A stretch of 64,000 nucleotides of DNA, from the NCBI GenBank assembly GCA_951406725.2, contig OX597838.1, positions 27,962,001 through 28,026,000 on the forward strand, in the 5' to 3' direction. A program made the position numbers and the translations under genes. Below are positions 21,961 to 35,243 of this stretch, piece by piece (positions within the stretch are counted from its first letter, which is position 1; every line of letters begins with the position of its first letter). The notes below the pieces were generated by a model, which searched no databases, was not told the DNA's origin, and saw only the letters and a program-made list of their open reading frames with translations. This stretch comes from Octopus vulgaris (taxonomy: Eukaryota).

Positions 21961-24900
21961 TATATCAACCCCAGTACTCAATTAGTATCGACTCTGAAAG
22001 GCAAAGTTGACCTTGGCAAAGTTGACTCAAAGTCCAAAGATCTAGAAGAGATGCTGCTAAGCATTTTGTTTGGTATGCTAATGATTCTGCCATCATCGTT
22101 TAACATCCACTTTCCATGCTGGCATGGGTTGGATGGTTTGACAGTTGTCTGTTGTGGTATGGTTTCTATGGCTGGATGCCCTTCCTAGCACCAGTGGTCA
22201 TTCTACAATAGGCACATGGCCTGAAATTTTGTGGATGGGGCTAGTTGATTACATTGACCCCCAGTGCTTGACTGGTACATATTTTGTTGAACCTGAACAG
22301 CTGAAAGGCCAAGTTCACCTTGGTGGAATTTGAACTCAAGATGTAAAGACAAATGAAATGCCACTACATATTTTGCCTGACATTCTAACGATGTAGGCAA
22401 AGTAGGCACTGCCTACCTTGAATAAAATAAACTGATAGCAGCATTTTCCTTTTATGGCAAAATATGCACCTAATTCAATAAAATTATAAAGTTTAGTCTG
22501 ATTACTATACATAAAATGCAAAATATTTTACATTTTTGTAGATTAGGTAGGCATAATTTGTGCCTGCTTTTTAATCTCTGTATTTAAGCTGTGCATAGTA
22601 CTGCTGTAGCACACGTGCTGCGTACACTCCTACAACACTGTTTTCTTTACGTGCTGTAAAAGCAGAAATAAATCTGCCTTCAACTCAATGGTATGCCTGT
22701 GTTTTGCTTATTTTTTATGTGTTTTTACTACATAAAAATCACCAACTGTCTACCCTGAGTAAATAATGATGGCACATGCCTGACATACACACACACTTGT
22801 GCATATACAATAGGCTTTTTACAGTTTCTACCTACCAGATCCACTCAGAAGGCTTTCATCAGCCTGAATTTTTTGTAGAAGATTCCACGTGGTGGAACTG
22901 AACCGAAAACTATGTAGTTATGAAGTGAGTTTCTTAATCACACAGATACATCCGTGGCTATGGCCGTACCAGCACCTATGGAAATCATTGGTAATATTGC
23001 TTTAAATATTGTTTACTCCCAGGACAGTCCTGATTGAGCAGATATCCTCATGATCATCATTTAACATCCATGTCTGATGCTTGTATAGATTGGACAGCTT
23101 GACGGGATCCAAGGAGCCGAAGAACTGCAGTGTGATCCAGTATCTGCTTTGGCATGTTTTCTACTGCTGGATACCCTTCCTGACCCCAACTACTTCATAG
23201 TGTAGTGGGTGCCTTTTTTGTGACACCAGCACAAACGAGGTCACCAGGCAGGTGGCACATCAGACAAATTCCAACCTTGACCTTTCCTATCTTTTTAACA
23301 CCGAACATACTCTGCCCCTCAGTGACAAATGATGATAATGGCTATAGTGTCTGCATGCCTTGACTGAGACTGATCGTTAGAGGTGGTCAGCATTTGTGAG
23401 GGGTGTGGTTGTTGTTGTTGAGCAACAAGGTGGGTAAGGGTGATTAGGTGATGGTCTAGGGCTTAGGGGCAGGAGACCCCAGACCTTGGAAAAAACAAAA
23501 AAAAAACCTTGGTTGTCTTGTTGTAGTTGAGGGCTCTTCGTTGACGCCCGACACCACTGGGAGGTGGCCCTTGAAGTCGCTGGCAATGGAGATCTCCAGG
23601 TCCAAATTCTTGAACGGCTGAGGGGTGTGGTGAACTCGTTGGTCAGAGCTGGCTCAACCCATCCCAGGTGAATGCTGTCGCTAGTATGTGTCTTTTTATT
23701 CAAGCAAAGTGCATCTAGGATTACAGAGAGCTTAGATCTGAGCAAGATCGAGCTGTTTTTTGTAGATCAAATGCCCAGTAAGAAGTTCTCTCTTTAGCTT
23801 CATTCATGCTATTAATATCCATTAGAAAGTATGTATGTATATTTAAAAGATAGTTTGTTTTTATCTGTTTCTGCTGTTCATGCAAACTCTTTCCTACATC
23901 AGCTCTGTCTATTGAAAAGTAGAACACAACATTGTAATATTTAGGTCGAAAGGAGGTAACTTCTTTTGTACTTTTTGCAGGCAATTTTTTTTTCCTTTTT
24001 AAATAATTCCTTTAAAGAATATAAACCAAGCATAATTCTTGAGTCACTTATGGAACCTCTATGTAATCACTCGACTTACTAGAAATAACAACCTTATCTT
24101 CCTCAATTCACTTTAGGCACTATTAACAAAGAAATAAAAGAAACCACTAAGGATAGTGTAGTCTTAGGTATACAACAACATTGGAATAGTCATGCTTGGA
24201 ATATCTTTGATTATAATCTATAACCAATAAAGTATCAGATAGAATATCTTGGGTAATTTGCTCTAACTTCAAGTTGTGCCTGGGTCAATTTTGATTTTCA
24301 TTCTTCTAGGGTCAATCAAAAAATTACCAATCGAAGGAGATTAGAGTAACTGTAGGATACCTTGTGGTATTTGTTTCAACTTTGTATTTTGAGTTCAAAT
24401 TCCTCCTGGCACCATGGGTACTTTTAGTGAAATATACTTTTTTTCTTCTCTAAGCATTCAGGTTAGATTTTTGGTTTGTGGATACCTTCCTTTGTTCATT
24501 CTTTCCTTCCCCTTTCTCACCAGTCTTGGTGGTTCTGTTAGGGGGTCATGGGCACTGCTTTCCTCTCCCCTTAACTAAAAGATAAAAGACAAAAAAAAAA
24601 AAAACCCAAACCCTCTCTTAAGTCAGTTTAATTAAGGCTGACCTGGCAACAACAATTTCATCCTCTCCCCTACACCTAACCTATATTTGATCTTTCCTTC
24701 ATAATTTCAACATTTATCCCACAATGCACAGAACATTCCACACATAGAAGGAAATCAGAAAATGTTGACATTTTATTACAGACAACAATAAAAATACATC
24801 TAAAGAATGTTGTTGCTTAGAACCAGGTCAGCTGTCATTGAATAGGTTTGCAGTTTATGACCAAAAGCATTCCAACCTTGACCATCACGTCTTTTTACAT

Positions 24901-26249
24901 ATCAGGGACTATGGTGAGTCTTATGTACCCCACTTCTTTATTTCAGGCAATAGGATGTGATTTGAAGGAGATTGGCTGCTATTTCTATTGGATTGGTCAA
25001 CAAGATTTAGAGCAGCAGCTCTCTATCATTTTTTGCCTATGGACCCCATTTGATTTCTGTTTTACTCTCATGAATCCTTATAGCTACTTGAAGGTTTAAA
25101 AACTAAATATTATTTGGAACTGTATAAATAAAATTAAAATATTTTGTGTATTGCACAAGCATAACCAATTTATTACACTTCAGCAACAAACTCCTATATG
25201 GGCCCTCAAGGGTCATGTGGACCTCCAAGGGTCATGCGAGCTCTGGTTGAGAATCACTTATATAGAGGATTACTTGTTTGATTTGTCTAAAGAATGTGAT
25301 TGGAATAGCTGTCGTTTTGACTGTATGGAAGTTCTGTTGTGAACAGACTTGTTGTTTATCTGTATGTTAGTCCTCTTTGAATAGATCTACCGATTAACCT
25401 TTTAGCATTCACATTATTCTGTCAGAAGTAAACAGGTGAGGGTTGTTGACATGAGGTCCATCTGGTTGTAGAAAATCTGCCTCAATGAATTCTGTGTCTT
25501 TGGCAGCAACATCCTTAAGGGAATGTTAACAAGTTTTGCACATCACGCAATTGATGAACTGTGGGGATAAAATCTTCAATATATCGATAGGAAGAAATAT
25601 GGGCTCTGCTGACAGAGTGACCTCTGCTGTTTGATGGGGTTTGATGGTGAGGCCCTTATCTTGGTTGGGTTCAAGGTTAAGGTGAGTATCGTCCACTACA
25701 ATCGCAACTCTCTCTATCTCTCTCCCCCCAGTATAATTCTATCAGAGATCAAGGCACAGGAGTGTAACAAAAATTTGAACACTTCAAGTATTAATTGAAG
25801 AATGAACTGTAAACCTTTTGTATCCATAAGTATTTAAAATAACTCTTGTAGGAAGTAACTACTGTATGTTTATGTATGAATACATTTGTGTATGCATGGT
25901 ACATATGGCATGTATGTATAATAAATTTATATTATGGATAAATAGCTTTTTTTTCCCCCCCACCACTCCTTAGCATAATAAAGAGTCAATTGTTTGACCA
26001 TTTATGGTTTCGAAGTATCAATCAATGAGTAGACACTCCTATTGATTTCAAGGAGTGTGTGTGTGTGTGTGTGTGTGTTGGGGTGGCAAAGAGGTGCAGG
26101 TTATGGTATTTGTCTTTTCCAAGGTCGTTAGTGACGTAGGTGAAGTAACCATAACTGATTTTGCACTGAAGAATTAATTCGCAAGAAGCTTATGTTCTGC
26201 TCTACCGGCCTTGTCTAAACATAAACAATAATGAATTATGTGTATGTGG

Positions 26250-27260
26250 TGTGACTGTTGTCAGCTCTGGTCTGTTCTGATCAAGTAGACCTCTCATTGG
26301 AAGTGCTCCAGCTCGGACCACCTTGTCCTTTTTAGCGCCATCTCTGGCTACATTATTTGGCCCTTTAACATTTAGATTACCCTGTCAAAAATATTGCTTA
26401 TAATTCACATTGTCTTCAATTAATAATGCATTAGCTCACACTTTTGAGATTTCAGTGATGTGTTCATTTTTAAAGGCATTGCAGGATATGTGTGAGAGGC
26501 AAGACCTGGTCAGTTTGAACATAAAATAGATTTGAGCTGTGTATGGCCTATTTAAATGTTGAAGGCTTAATGCATCCTTTGTTTTTATAAGACATAAGGG
26601 TTTGAGTTGAGAAAATTTAGCTGCTGTTGCAAACAGGTCAAGCAATCACATTAAGATCTCTCACATTGACTTGGGTGTGTCTATGATGTATATAATGTTG
26701 TTGCTTAACCCCCAGATCAACCTTGATTCAACGGTTCAGTGGCATTCTGTCTTGTCAGATTCTCTGGTGTTATGTGTCTCAGACCATGTTACCCATATTT
26801 TCTTTTTAAGATGGTAGGATGTAATTCGAACATTGGCTGTTATTTCTAGCAGATCAACTGGCCACATTGACAACTGTATAGTGTTGTTGTTAACCCTAGG
26901 TTGTCTCTTTTTGAACAGACCTCTGATCAAAAGTATTCTACTTATGATCATCCCATCTATTTTTGTGACATCATGCATCTTGGATTACCCTAACATCTTC
27001 TAATATAACCTTTCTGTTTTTTTCAATAGTAAGATTTAGCTGCTTTTTCTAACAGATCAAGTAACTTTAGAGACCACTGTTTGTGTGTTGTTCAGCCCAG
27101 ACTAATTATGATGATCCCAGCTATTTTTCAACCATAATGTATCTTGGACAACCTTCTCTAATATGCTCGAATATGTTGTTCTGCCCCTCCCCTGCCAATA
27201 ACAGAGATATAGCTGCAAATATTGAGCAGGTCAAGGCTACCATGAAGATGCATCCCTATG
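26250..27260. repeat. Cluster of ~4 diverged copies of an old ~190-bp dispersed repeat; the first is interrupted by a family-2 MITE remnant (~26361-26570)
   Basis: Recurrent ttgttg..taaccc.agg..gacct.tgatcaaa..attccagc..tgaccatc...ggctgctatttctagcaggtca units; also near 7600, 12715, 24810, 38970, 47230 and 56555. Confidence 0.55.
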
Positions 27261-27434
27261 AGTTTTGAATAAATTGTTTTGGCAATGTGTGTAGGATCTG
27301 GAAGTTTCTCCAAATTTAGCAAGTATCTTGAGGATTATTTGAGCAAATTACTTGTAGGAGTTGGTTTCTTAGTTACAGGCTGGAAGAAGTTTGACCTTTT
27401 ATGCATTATTGAAAACCTTGTGGATAGTGCTCAT

Positions 27435-27697
27435 GGGGTAGAAAGGGCTCCTTAGCCGTAGTGAAGGCAATCTATCTAGGGAGATAACCTTACAATAAAT
27501 CACTCGGTCCGTTGCTTAGAAATACTGGGTTGACGTCCAGCGGGAACAGCTTTGTTTCATGGAGGAGGAAAGATCTTCTTTAGTACTTGGTTGTACAATG
27601 CTTTCCAATGTGTGTAGTAGTGTCGCGCGCACACATTATTAGCCATTTGAAAAGACTATGAAAGTCTCGACCACGGTCGAACAATGATGATGATGAC
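27435..27697 (+). mobile_element. Short non-autonomous retroposon with RTE-type 3' end
   Basis: GCTCAT TSD (27429-27434 and 27698-27703); ends gtctcgaccacggtcgaacaa(TGA)n; second copy at 38401-38664 (-). Confidence 0.8.
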
Positions 27698-28124
27698 GCT
27701 CATTGAAACGGTACCAGAAAATGGTAATAAGAATAATGATAGTGAAGAGATTTGTGCAGTTACAAATCAGCCTTGTTACCTCGTTAGCATATTGGCATAC
27801 AAGTGACAGCATGAGATTTTTTTTTGTCAGCTGTGAGTGTACTGAGGTCCGTCTATGATTGTGTGGTTAAGAAATTTGCTTTTCAATCATATGGTTTCAG
27901 GTTCAGTCTCCCTAGGTGGCACCTTTGGGCAAGCATCTTCTACTGTAGCTCGAGGTCAACCAAAGTCTTGTGAGTGGAGTTGGGAGATGGAAACTGAAAG
28001 AAACCCATTGTGTGTGTGTGTGTGTGTGTGTATATAAGCAAAAATTTAGATTCAGATGAATTAGGTATTTGAGGCACCAGAATTTAGTACGGTATTATCC
28101 ATACAGTTTCAAAATAAAGTGATT

Positions 28125-28170
<46 letters not shown>

Positions 28171-28591
28171 CTTAGTTAATGATTAAAATTATTTTTCTTG
28201 TGGCAACTATGAGAAACAATTTTAAACATGTTTCTGCATTATTTTGACTCTTCAGGGAAGCATAGCAAACATCATAATTGTCGAAGTATAGCTGAGTTAA
28301 CTATACAAATTAGTTTATTTTTAAGCTTTATCTAGTACATTTCATCATTGTTGTTTGCAGAGGATGAAAGGTGAAAGTGGAGAATTTGTATGATTAATTG
28401 ACGGAATGTTCTTCTTATATTAGCTTGCAGTGTTAAGATCACCTCCTTAGTACGTTTTATTTATTATTTTGCACATTACTTAATAATCGTTATGTTTTAT
28501 CTTATATTTAATCTTTCTATAATAGGTAATTTTTCTAAATGGTATAATTTAATTTTTCGTTATTGAATAGATAAAAGGTGTTTTTTTTCTA

Positions 28592-28620
<29 letters not shown>

Positions 28621-28626
<6 letters not shown>

Positions 28627-28853
28627 TCTTTATTTCCCACAAGAGGCTAAATATAGAGGGGACAAATAAGGACAGACAAATGGATTAAGTTGATTACATC
28701 GACCCCAGTGCGTAACTGGTACTTAATTTATCGACCCCGGAAGGATGAAAGGCAAAGTCGAGCTCGGCGGAATTTGAACTCAGAACGTAACGGCAGACGA
28801 AATATGGCTACGCATTTCGCCCAGCGTGCTAACGGTTCTGCCAGCTCGCCGCC
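28621..28853 (-). mobile_element. SINE family B, full-length young copy within (TA)n
   Basis: Minus strand: ggcggcgagctggcagaaccgttagcacgc...gagttcaaattcc (pol III B-box-like)...aataaagaaa. Confidence 0.85.
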
Positions 28854-28888
<35 letters not shown>

Positions 28889-29527
28889 CATGTATGTACA
28901 CACTTGTGATTACTTATTGCTGAGAAAAATATGGTTGGCTCTACTACACCATAGTTTCACACAGAAAAACAAGCCTTTTAAACACACACACACACAAATC
29001 CTATGCAACAACACACAATAGCATTAAGAGCACCTTTATGGAACTAAAGGATGTTATTGCTTGTGACGTTTATGTAACGATAATTCAAGAGACAGGACAT
29101 AGGACTGTCACCATTCCAAATGATCTTCCGATTAGATTAGATCGGCTGTTTTGTAGTAATGCACATGTTTTGTGTGTGTGTGTATGTCTCTGGTAACATG
29201 CATAAAAACTTGTAATCTATAATTAGGTATCACAAATGTCACTTGTAAACTGTTTAGTAGCTCTTGTCAACTGGGTCACTTAAGTGGATATTAATAATGG
29301 CTTTCAATTTTGGTACAAGGCCAGCTGTTTGGAGTGGAACAGTGGGTGGGGGACTCACTCACTTACAGCGACTCTAGTACTTGACTGGTTCTTATTTTAC
29401 CAGTCCTGAAAGGATGATAGGTAAAGTCGACTTCAACAGAATTTGAGCTTAGAATGTAAACAGCAGAAAGAAATACCACTAAGCATTTTGTCCAACATTT
29501 TAAATTCTGTAAATTCACTGACTTTAA

Positions 29528-29749
29528 CCCTTTCGTTACCTTATTTATTTTGAGGTGCTCTGTGTTTCTTTCAATTAATTTTAAATATAACAAAGAATTT
29601 AGTAAAATAACTTCGTTATCATTCAGCTAGTGTTAGCAACATAAATTGTGACTAAGGTTTGGTGGAAGATTTTAATTCAATACTTATGAAAACAAGACAT
29701 TTGTACTACAGAGCCAGAGGTGGTTTTGGCTGGGTTGGTATCAAAAGGG
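29528..29749. mobile_element. piggyBac-like MITE family 1
   Basis: TTAA-CCCTTTCG...AAAGGG-TTAA; internal sequence as in 15243-15463, opposite orientation. Confidence 0.88.
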
Positions 29750-29964
29750 TTAAGTGGAGGATTTTAATGACCCTTTCTACTTTATGTACAGGGCCCAACA
29801 AATTGTAGGAGGTGAGCAGTCAATTCCATCAGTCCTCAGTACTCAACTGGTACTGGCTGTATTTGAACTCAGAATGTAAAGACACAAAATGCCTCTAATC
29901 ATTTTGTCCGGCACCCGAATGACTTTGCTAGCTTGCTGGCTCTTATTGCTTCTGATCTTAACTG

Positions 29965-30463
29965 ATTGGAAGTGTTATCCTTCACATGTTTTGTCTTGGT
30001 ATAAAAGATGGGCTACAGCAAATATTCTGCTCAACAGCATAGATTTGCTTGTCAGTTGTTTGACTTTAACCAGTTGGGCATGTCCCTTTGTAGCTGACGA
30101 TATGTGCGTCTCTGATCACGAGCGGAAGTAATGGGGGAGCACCATAGCCATGTATTGTGAGGAATTCTTTGGGGTTTGAATAATTCACCCTGGAAACATG
30201 GGTATTTCATCATCCTTAAACAACCCTTATTCAGGGACCTTTTGAGCGGGATAGGCTACTCGACCTGAAGAAAATTCTAACTGGGCCCCACCTGCAAGGT
30301 CATGCACTGTTTTCTTTGATATGAGATCACCATTTCACATAAGTCTGGTTGTGATGCATGTACCTAGTGTACCCTTATCAGACGGCTAGTCATGATGAGT
30401 ACATTGGGCTTCATATATTTGTACCCCAGTGTCACTTTGATGGCATGCATTGCTCTTTCACTC

Positions 30464-30498
<35 letters not shown>
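29965..30498 (+). mobile_element. Unclassified ~500-bp retroposon-like element ending in (AAT)n
   Basis: Discrete non-coding segment of balanced composition terminating in ctcttt cactc(AAT)n; single copy in this window. Confidence 0.4.
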
Positions 30499-30499
<1 letters not shown>

Positions 30500-30745
30500 T
30501 TCAAATTTTGGCACAAGGCTAGCAAGTTTGTGGAAGTGTTAATTCGATTACATAGACCCTAGTGTTTAACTGGTACTCATTTTATCAACCCTGAAAAGAT
30601 AAAAGGTAAAGTCAACCCCTTGTGAAATTTGAACTCAGAACGTAAAGACGGCTGAAAATGTCACTAAGTATTCCACCTGGCATGCTAACAATTCTGCCAG
30701 CTTGCCACCTGAATGATGGAGGTGGTGGCAGTGTTTTTGTTTTAT

Positions 30746-30961
30746 GCCAGCCTCGCCTGGCACCAGTGCAGGTGGCACGTAAAAAGCACCCACTACACTC
30801 ACGGAGTGGTTGGCGTTAGGAAGGGCATCCAGCTGTAGAAACATTGCCAGATAAAACCGGAGCCTGGTGCAGCCTTCTGGCTTCCCAGATCCCCGGTCGA
30901 ACCGTCCAACCCATGCTAGCATGGAGAACGGACGTTAAACGATGATGATGATGATGATGAT
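30746..30961 (+). mobile_element. RTE-LINE 3' UTR-derived repeat, young
   Basis: CpG-intact ggcacgtaaaaagcacccactacactcacggagtggttggcgttaggaagggcatcc...ggacgttaaac(GAT)n. Confidence 0.85.
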
Positions 30962-31368
30962 CAGCAGAATCTTAAAGGTATTAGTGGGGAAGGGTCGGGG
31001 AGAGCGCAAAAAAAACCCCAGAAATCACACATCCTGACATTTGTTCCAGCTCTTTATATTCTGAGTTCAAATCCTACCCTGGTCAGCTTTAACTTTTGTC
31101 CTTTTAGGTACAACAAAGTGGTAGCCGAGTGTTGAGAGGTGGTTGCCCCACACACGTGCACCGCCAAAATTTCTGGGCCTTGTGACCTGAATTAGAAACA
31201 ATTATTCTTCTGTTTAGAATTATTTTTTTCATCCACTTTTTCCACTTGAGTTTTTCACAGCTGCTATTTATAGTTTTCCCTTGTTTGTTTTCGTCACTTG
31301 TTTCTTTTTCTATTTTCTTTATTTTAGATTTAATCTTTTGATATATCTGTTGCTGTGTGGAAGGGAAG

Positions 31369-31652
31369 CATGTATGTATAAACTTGTATGTGTGTGTATG
31401 TATGTGTGCGTGTGTGTATGTATGTATGTGTGCGTGAGTGTGTGTATGTGTGTGTGTGTGTGTGCATGTGTGCGTGTATGTATGTGTGCATGTATATGTG
31501 CGCATGCGTGTGTGTGTGTGTATGTGCGTATGTGTGCGTGTGTATGTGTGCGCATGCGTGTGCATGTGTGTATGCGTGCGTGTGTGTGTGTATGCGTGTG
31601 TGTGTGTATGTGCGCGCGCGTGCGTGTGCATGCGTGCGTGTGTGTATATGTA
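31369..31652. repeat. Degenerate (TG/CG/TA)n purine-pyrimidine alternating tract
   Basis: ~280 bp of mostly alternating RY dinucleotides. Confidence 0.9.
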
Positions 31653-31906
31653 TAAAGTGTAATACTGATATTACAAGAGTCTGAAGTGGAGGAAGTTAGT
31701 GATTTCCTATCACCTTGCAGCCAGAGCTTAGTAAAACTGTGTTGTAAGTATAAGTATATTGAGGTCTAACAATTGGCTATTGGTTCTATTAGGGCCAAGT
31801 GGAGTTTACATATATGAACATTTCAAAATTTAATGAAAACACGACAAACAGAAAATTTATATACGAGAGAGAAAGCACTGTCGCTATTGTGTGTGTGTGT
31901 GTGTAC

Positions 31907-32293
31907 AGGTGTGGCTGTGTGGTAAGAAGGTTGCTTCCCAACCTCATGGTTCCAGGTTCAGTCTCACTATGTGGCAGCTTAGCACTTTAGTCAAGCCTTG
32001 GACCAGCCAAGGCCTTGTTAGTGTATTTGGTTGATGGAAACTGAAAGAAGCCTGTGCCGGTGGCACGTAAAAAAGCACCATCTGATCGTGGCCGTTAGCC
32101 AGCCTCGTCTGGCACCTGTGCCGGTGGCGAGTAAAAAGCACCCACTACACTCATGGAGTGGTTGGCGTTAGGAAGGGCATCCAGCTGCAGAAACATTGCC
32201 AGATCAGATTGGGCCTGGTGCAGCCTTCTGGCTTCCCAGACCCCAGTTGAACCGTCCAACCCATGCCAGCATGGAAAACAGACGATGATGATG
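31907..32293 (+). mobile_element. Chimeric SINE-A head joined to RTE 3' UTR
   Basis: SINE-A sequence up to ggaaactgaaagaagcctgt continues directly into gccggtggcacgtaaaaaagcacc...gatgatgat. Confidence 0.7.
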
Positions 32294-32920
32294 ATATATA
32301 TATATATAGGGTTGGTGGATAATTATTGCAGCTTTTTTTCAACAAATTTTACTCAACAAAAACAATAACAACATGTAATAAAAACATCATTAAATGATTA
32401 TTCCGGAGCATATTCACCATCTACTTCAATTACTGCTTCCTGTTTGCTTGGTAGGCGGTCAGATTGTCACTTAAAGATGTTTTTGTTAAATATTATTGTT
32501 TTTGTTGAATAAAATTTGTTGAAAAAAGAACTGCAATAATTCTGCACCAACCCAACACACACACGTGCACACACACACGCATAATGACACGTGTTTTTGT
32601 CCCCACCACTGCTTGACGACTGATGTTGGTTTGTTTATGTCCCCCTAACTTAGTGGTTCGGGAAATAGACTCCAATAGACAAAGTACCAGGCTTAAAATG
32701 AGTTCTGGAGTGGATTTGCTTCAAGACAGTGCTCCAGCATGGCCACAGTGAAATGAGGGGAAACAAGTAAAATATGTATATATGTAAAATAATACATGAA
32801 CACTCATGTGTGTGACCCCCGGGGGGGGGGGGGGCTTCCATTCATTATTGTCAGTGAAAGCAAACTGTAGCGGAAGGGAATGGAAAGGAAGACATCACTG
32901 GATTTGGAACGTGTTCCCTT

Positions 32921-33069
32921 ACTGCTGCTGCTGCTACTACTACTACTACACCACCACTACTACTACCACCACTGCTACCACCACCACTGCTACCACCACT
33001 ACTACTACCACCACCACTGCTACCACCACCACTGCTACCACTACTACTACTACTACCACCACCACTACA
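32921..33069. repeat. Compound trinucleotide repeat (CTG/CTA/CCA)n
   Basis: Direct reading; explains the poly-T/H/G/S ORFs. Confidence 0.9.
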
Positions 33070-33809
33070 GTTAATGTTGACATGGACTACCACTACAACT
33101 GTTACCATCACTGCCTCTACTCTTACTCTCACCACTGTTGCCATTACAACTGTTTAGTCCACCACCACTGCTGCTGTGACCCCCACTCCTAACCTCAACC
33201 CATTCACGACCACCACCTTAGAAAGCACTGTTTTACTTTGTATTTTTTTACTTTTTGTTTGTTCTTTAGCCAGAGTGGGTAAATTGATAGTTTTTTATTC
33301 CCCCCTCCTCCTCCTCCGTCTCCTCCTCCTTTTCTTATTTTCTTCTCTTTTTTTTCCCTAGGGTGTGGTTACACATTTGTAGAGCCTGTCTACTTGACGA
33401 TATATCATGCACGTTTGTCCTAAACATATTTGATACAGTTTACTTTCCAAAATATTGCTGAGAGCTATGAGAATGTTGTTATTTTGGGTGGAATGGAGAG
33501 GGATTAAACAGGGAAGATGTTTTTGTTTCAGCTACTCTTCACTTTGTCTATGAAGATAGAAGCTGATAGATACGTGTTGGCCACTTGCTCGGGAACGAAA
33601 TTTGCTTAAGGGGTCTAAAAAAAAAACCCCACCCAAATCCTATATGGACACTCAGGGGCCATATAGACTCTGGTTGAAAACTGCTGCTCTAGGCTCTTGA
33701 GTCACTTATGTAGCTTCCCAACTAAAAAAAAGAAATAAATGTGCTCTTCTTTGAGTATTGACTTCTGTTTCTCCTACTAATCTTATCTATCCAGGAGAGT
33801 ACGTATACG

Positions 33810-34428
33810 CTTTCACTTGTTTCAGTCATTTGACTGCGGCCATGCTGGAACACTGCCTTTAACCCTTTCGTTACTGTATTTATTTTGAGATGCTCTGTGT
33901 TTCTTCCAATTATTTTAAATATAACAAAGAATTTAGTAAAATAACATCGTTATCATTAAGCTAGTGTTAAGAACATAAATTGTGACTAAGATTTGGTGGA
34001 AGATTTGAATTCAAAACTTATGAAAACAAAACATTTATACTAAAAAGCCAGAGCCGGTTTCAGCCAGGTTGGTAACGAAAGGGTTAATCAAGCAACTCGA
34101 CCCCGGGACTTATTCTTTTGTAAGTCCAGTACTTATTCTATCGGTCTCTTTTGCCGAACCGCTAAGTAATGGGGACATAAACACACCAGCATCGGTTGTC
34201 AAGCAATGCTAGGGGGACAAACACAGACACACAAACACACACACATACATATATATACATATATACTACGGGTTTCTTTCAGTTTCTGTCTACCAAATCT
34301 ACTCACAAGGCTTTGGTTGGCCCGAGGCTATAGTAGAAGACACTTGCCCAAGGTGCCACGCAGTGGGACTGAACCCGGAACCATGTGGTTGGTAAGCAAG
34401 CTACTTACCACACAGCCACTCCTGCACC
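33810..34428 (-). mobile_element. SINE family A, full length, interrupted by a family-1 MITE (33863-34083)
   Basis: SINE-A sequence resumes after the duplicated TTAA; the MITE has CCCTTTCGTTAC TIRs. Confidence 0.88.
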
Positions 34429-34535
34429 TAGTGGGACTGAACCCAGAACCATGTAATTGCATGTATATATGTGTATACATATAAGAATAATAATGATAAT
34501 GAATTTTTTGTATACAGTACAATAATATATTTGTA

Positions 34536-34706
34536 CAGGGTGGGTCAGAATTCATGACTCATTAGTTTTATTTCTTACCTTGCTTACTTTGTTGTTATTG
34601 TATTGTTTAAATTTACCTTATTTCTTAATATACACATTATTAATAAATATATCAATATATTATTTAATATAGCTAATAAGTAAGTCCTGAATTCTGGCCC
34701 ACCCTG
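34536..34706. mobile_element. Tc1-like MITE
   Basis: TA-CAGGGTGGGTCAGAATTCATGACT...AGTCCTGAATTCTGGCCCACCCTG-TA. Confidence 0.85.
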
Positions 34707-35243
34707 TATAATGCAATGCGTGTGTGTGTATAAATACACATTTTTCTATTTACTCATTAAATTCTGTAATGGAGAGCAAGTGCCTGTAAACACTTAAGGG
34801 GCTTTGTGGTGACTGCTGACCTAGAATAGTGAAGTAAGACCCTACTCTTCTGGAGTCATTGAGTCCCATTAGGGTAACATGGTACATACTATGCTGCCAC
34901 CACATGACTTGATACTACTTAGCTTTTACTTCATAGTAATTTGAAATCATATACTAGTTATAATTATACACCGTCTAGTTTAATTATTACTCCTCGTGTA
35001 ATTGGGAGTACAATGCAGCAATAACAATGAATAATAGTTGTTTCTAATTTAGGCACAAGGCCAGCGATTTTGAGGGGAGCCATGTGGGGTGGGGGCTAGC
35101 TGATGCCATTGAAACTGGTACTTAACTGATACTTTATTTTATTGGTTCTTGGGTGACAAAAGGCAAAGTTGACCTTGCTGGGATTTGAGCTTCTTAAACG
35201 TAAAATGGTGGAATAAATACTTCAAGGTATTTTTATCCAATGA

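Noticed and set aside
32806-33192. Poly-Thr/His/Gly-Ser ORFs suggesting a mucin-like exon
   Set aside because: A trinucleotide microsatellite open in several frames, with no supporting splice or protein context.
34206-34484. Recurrent ORFs MLGGQTQTHKH... and MTTDAGVF... at many loci
   Set aside because: Chance open frames in SINE-A copies; no protein signature.
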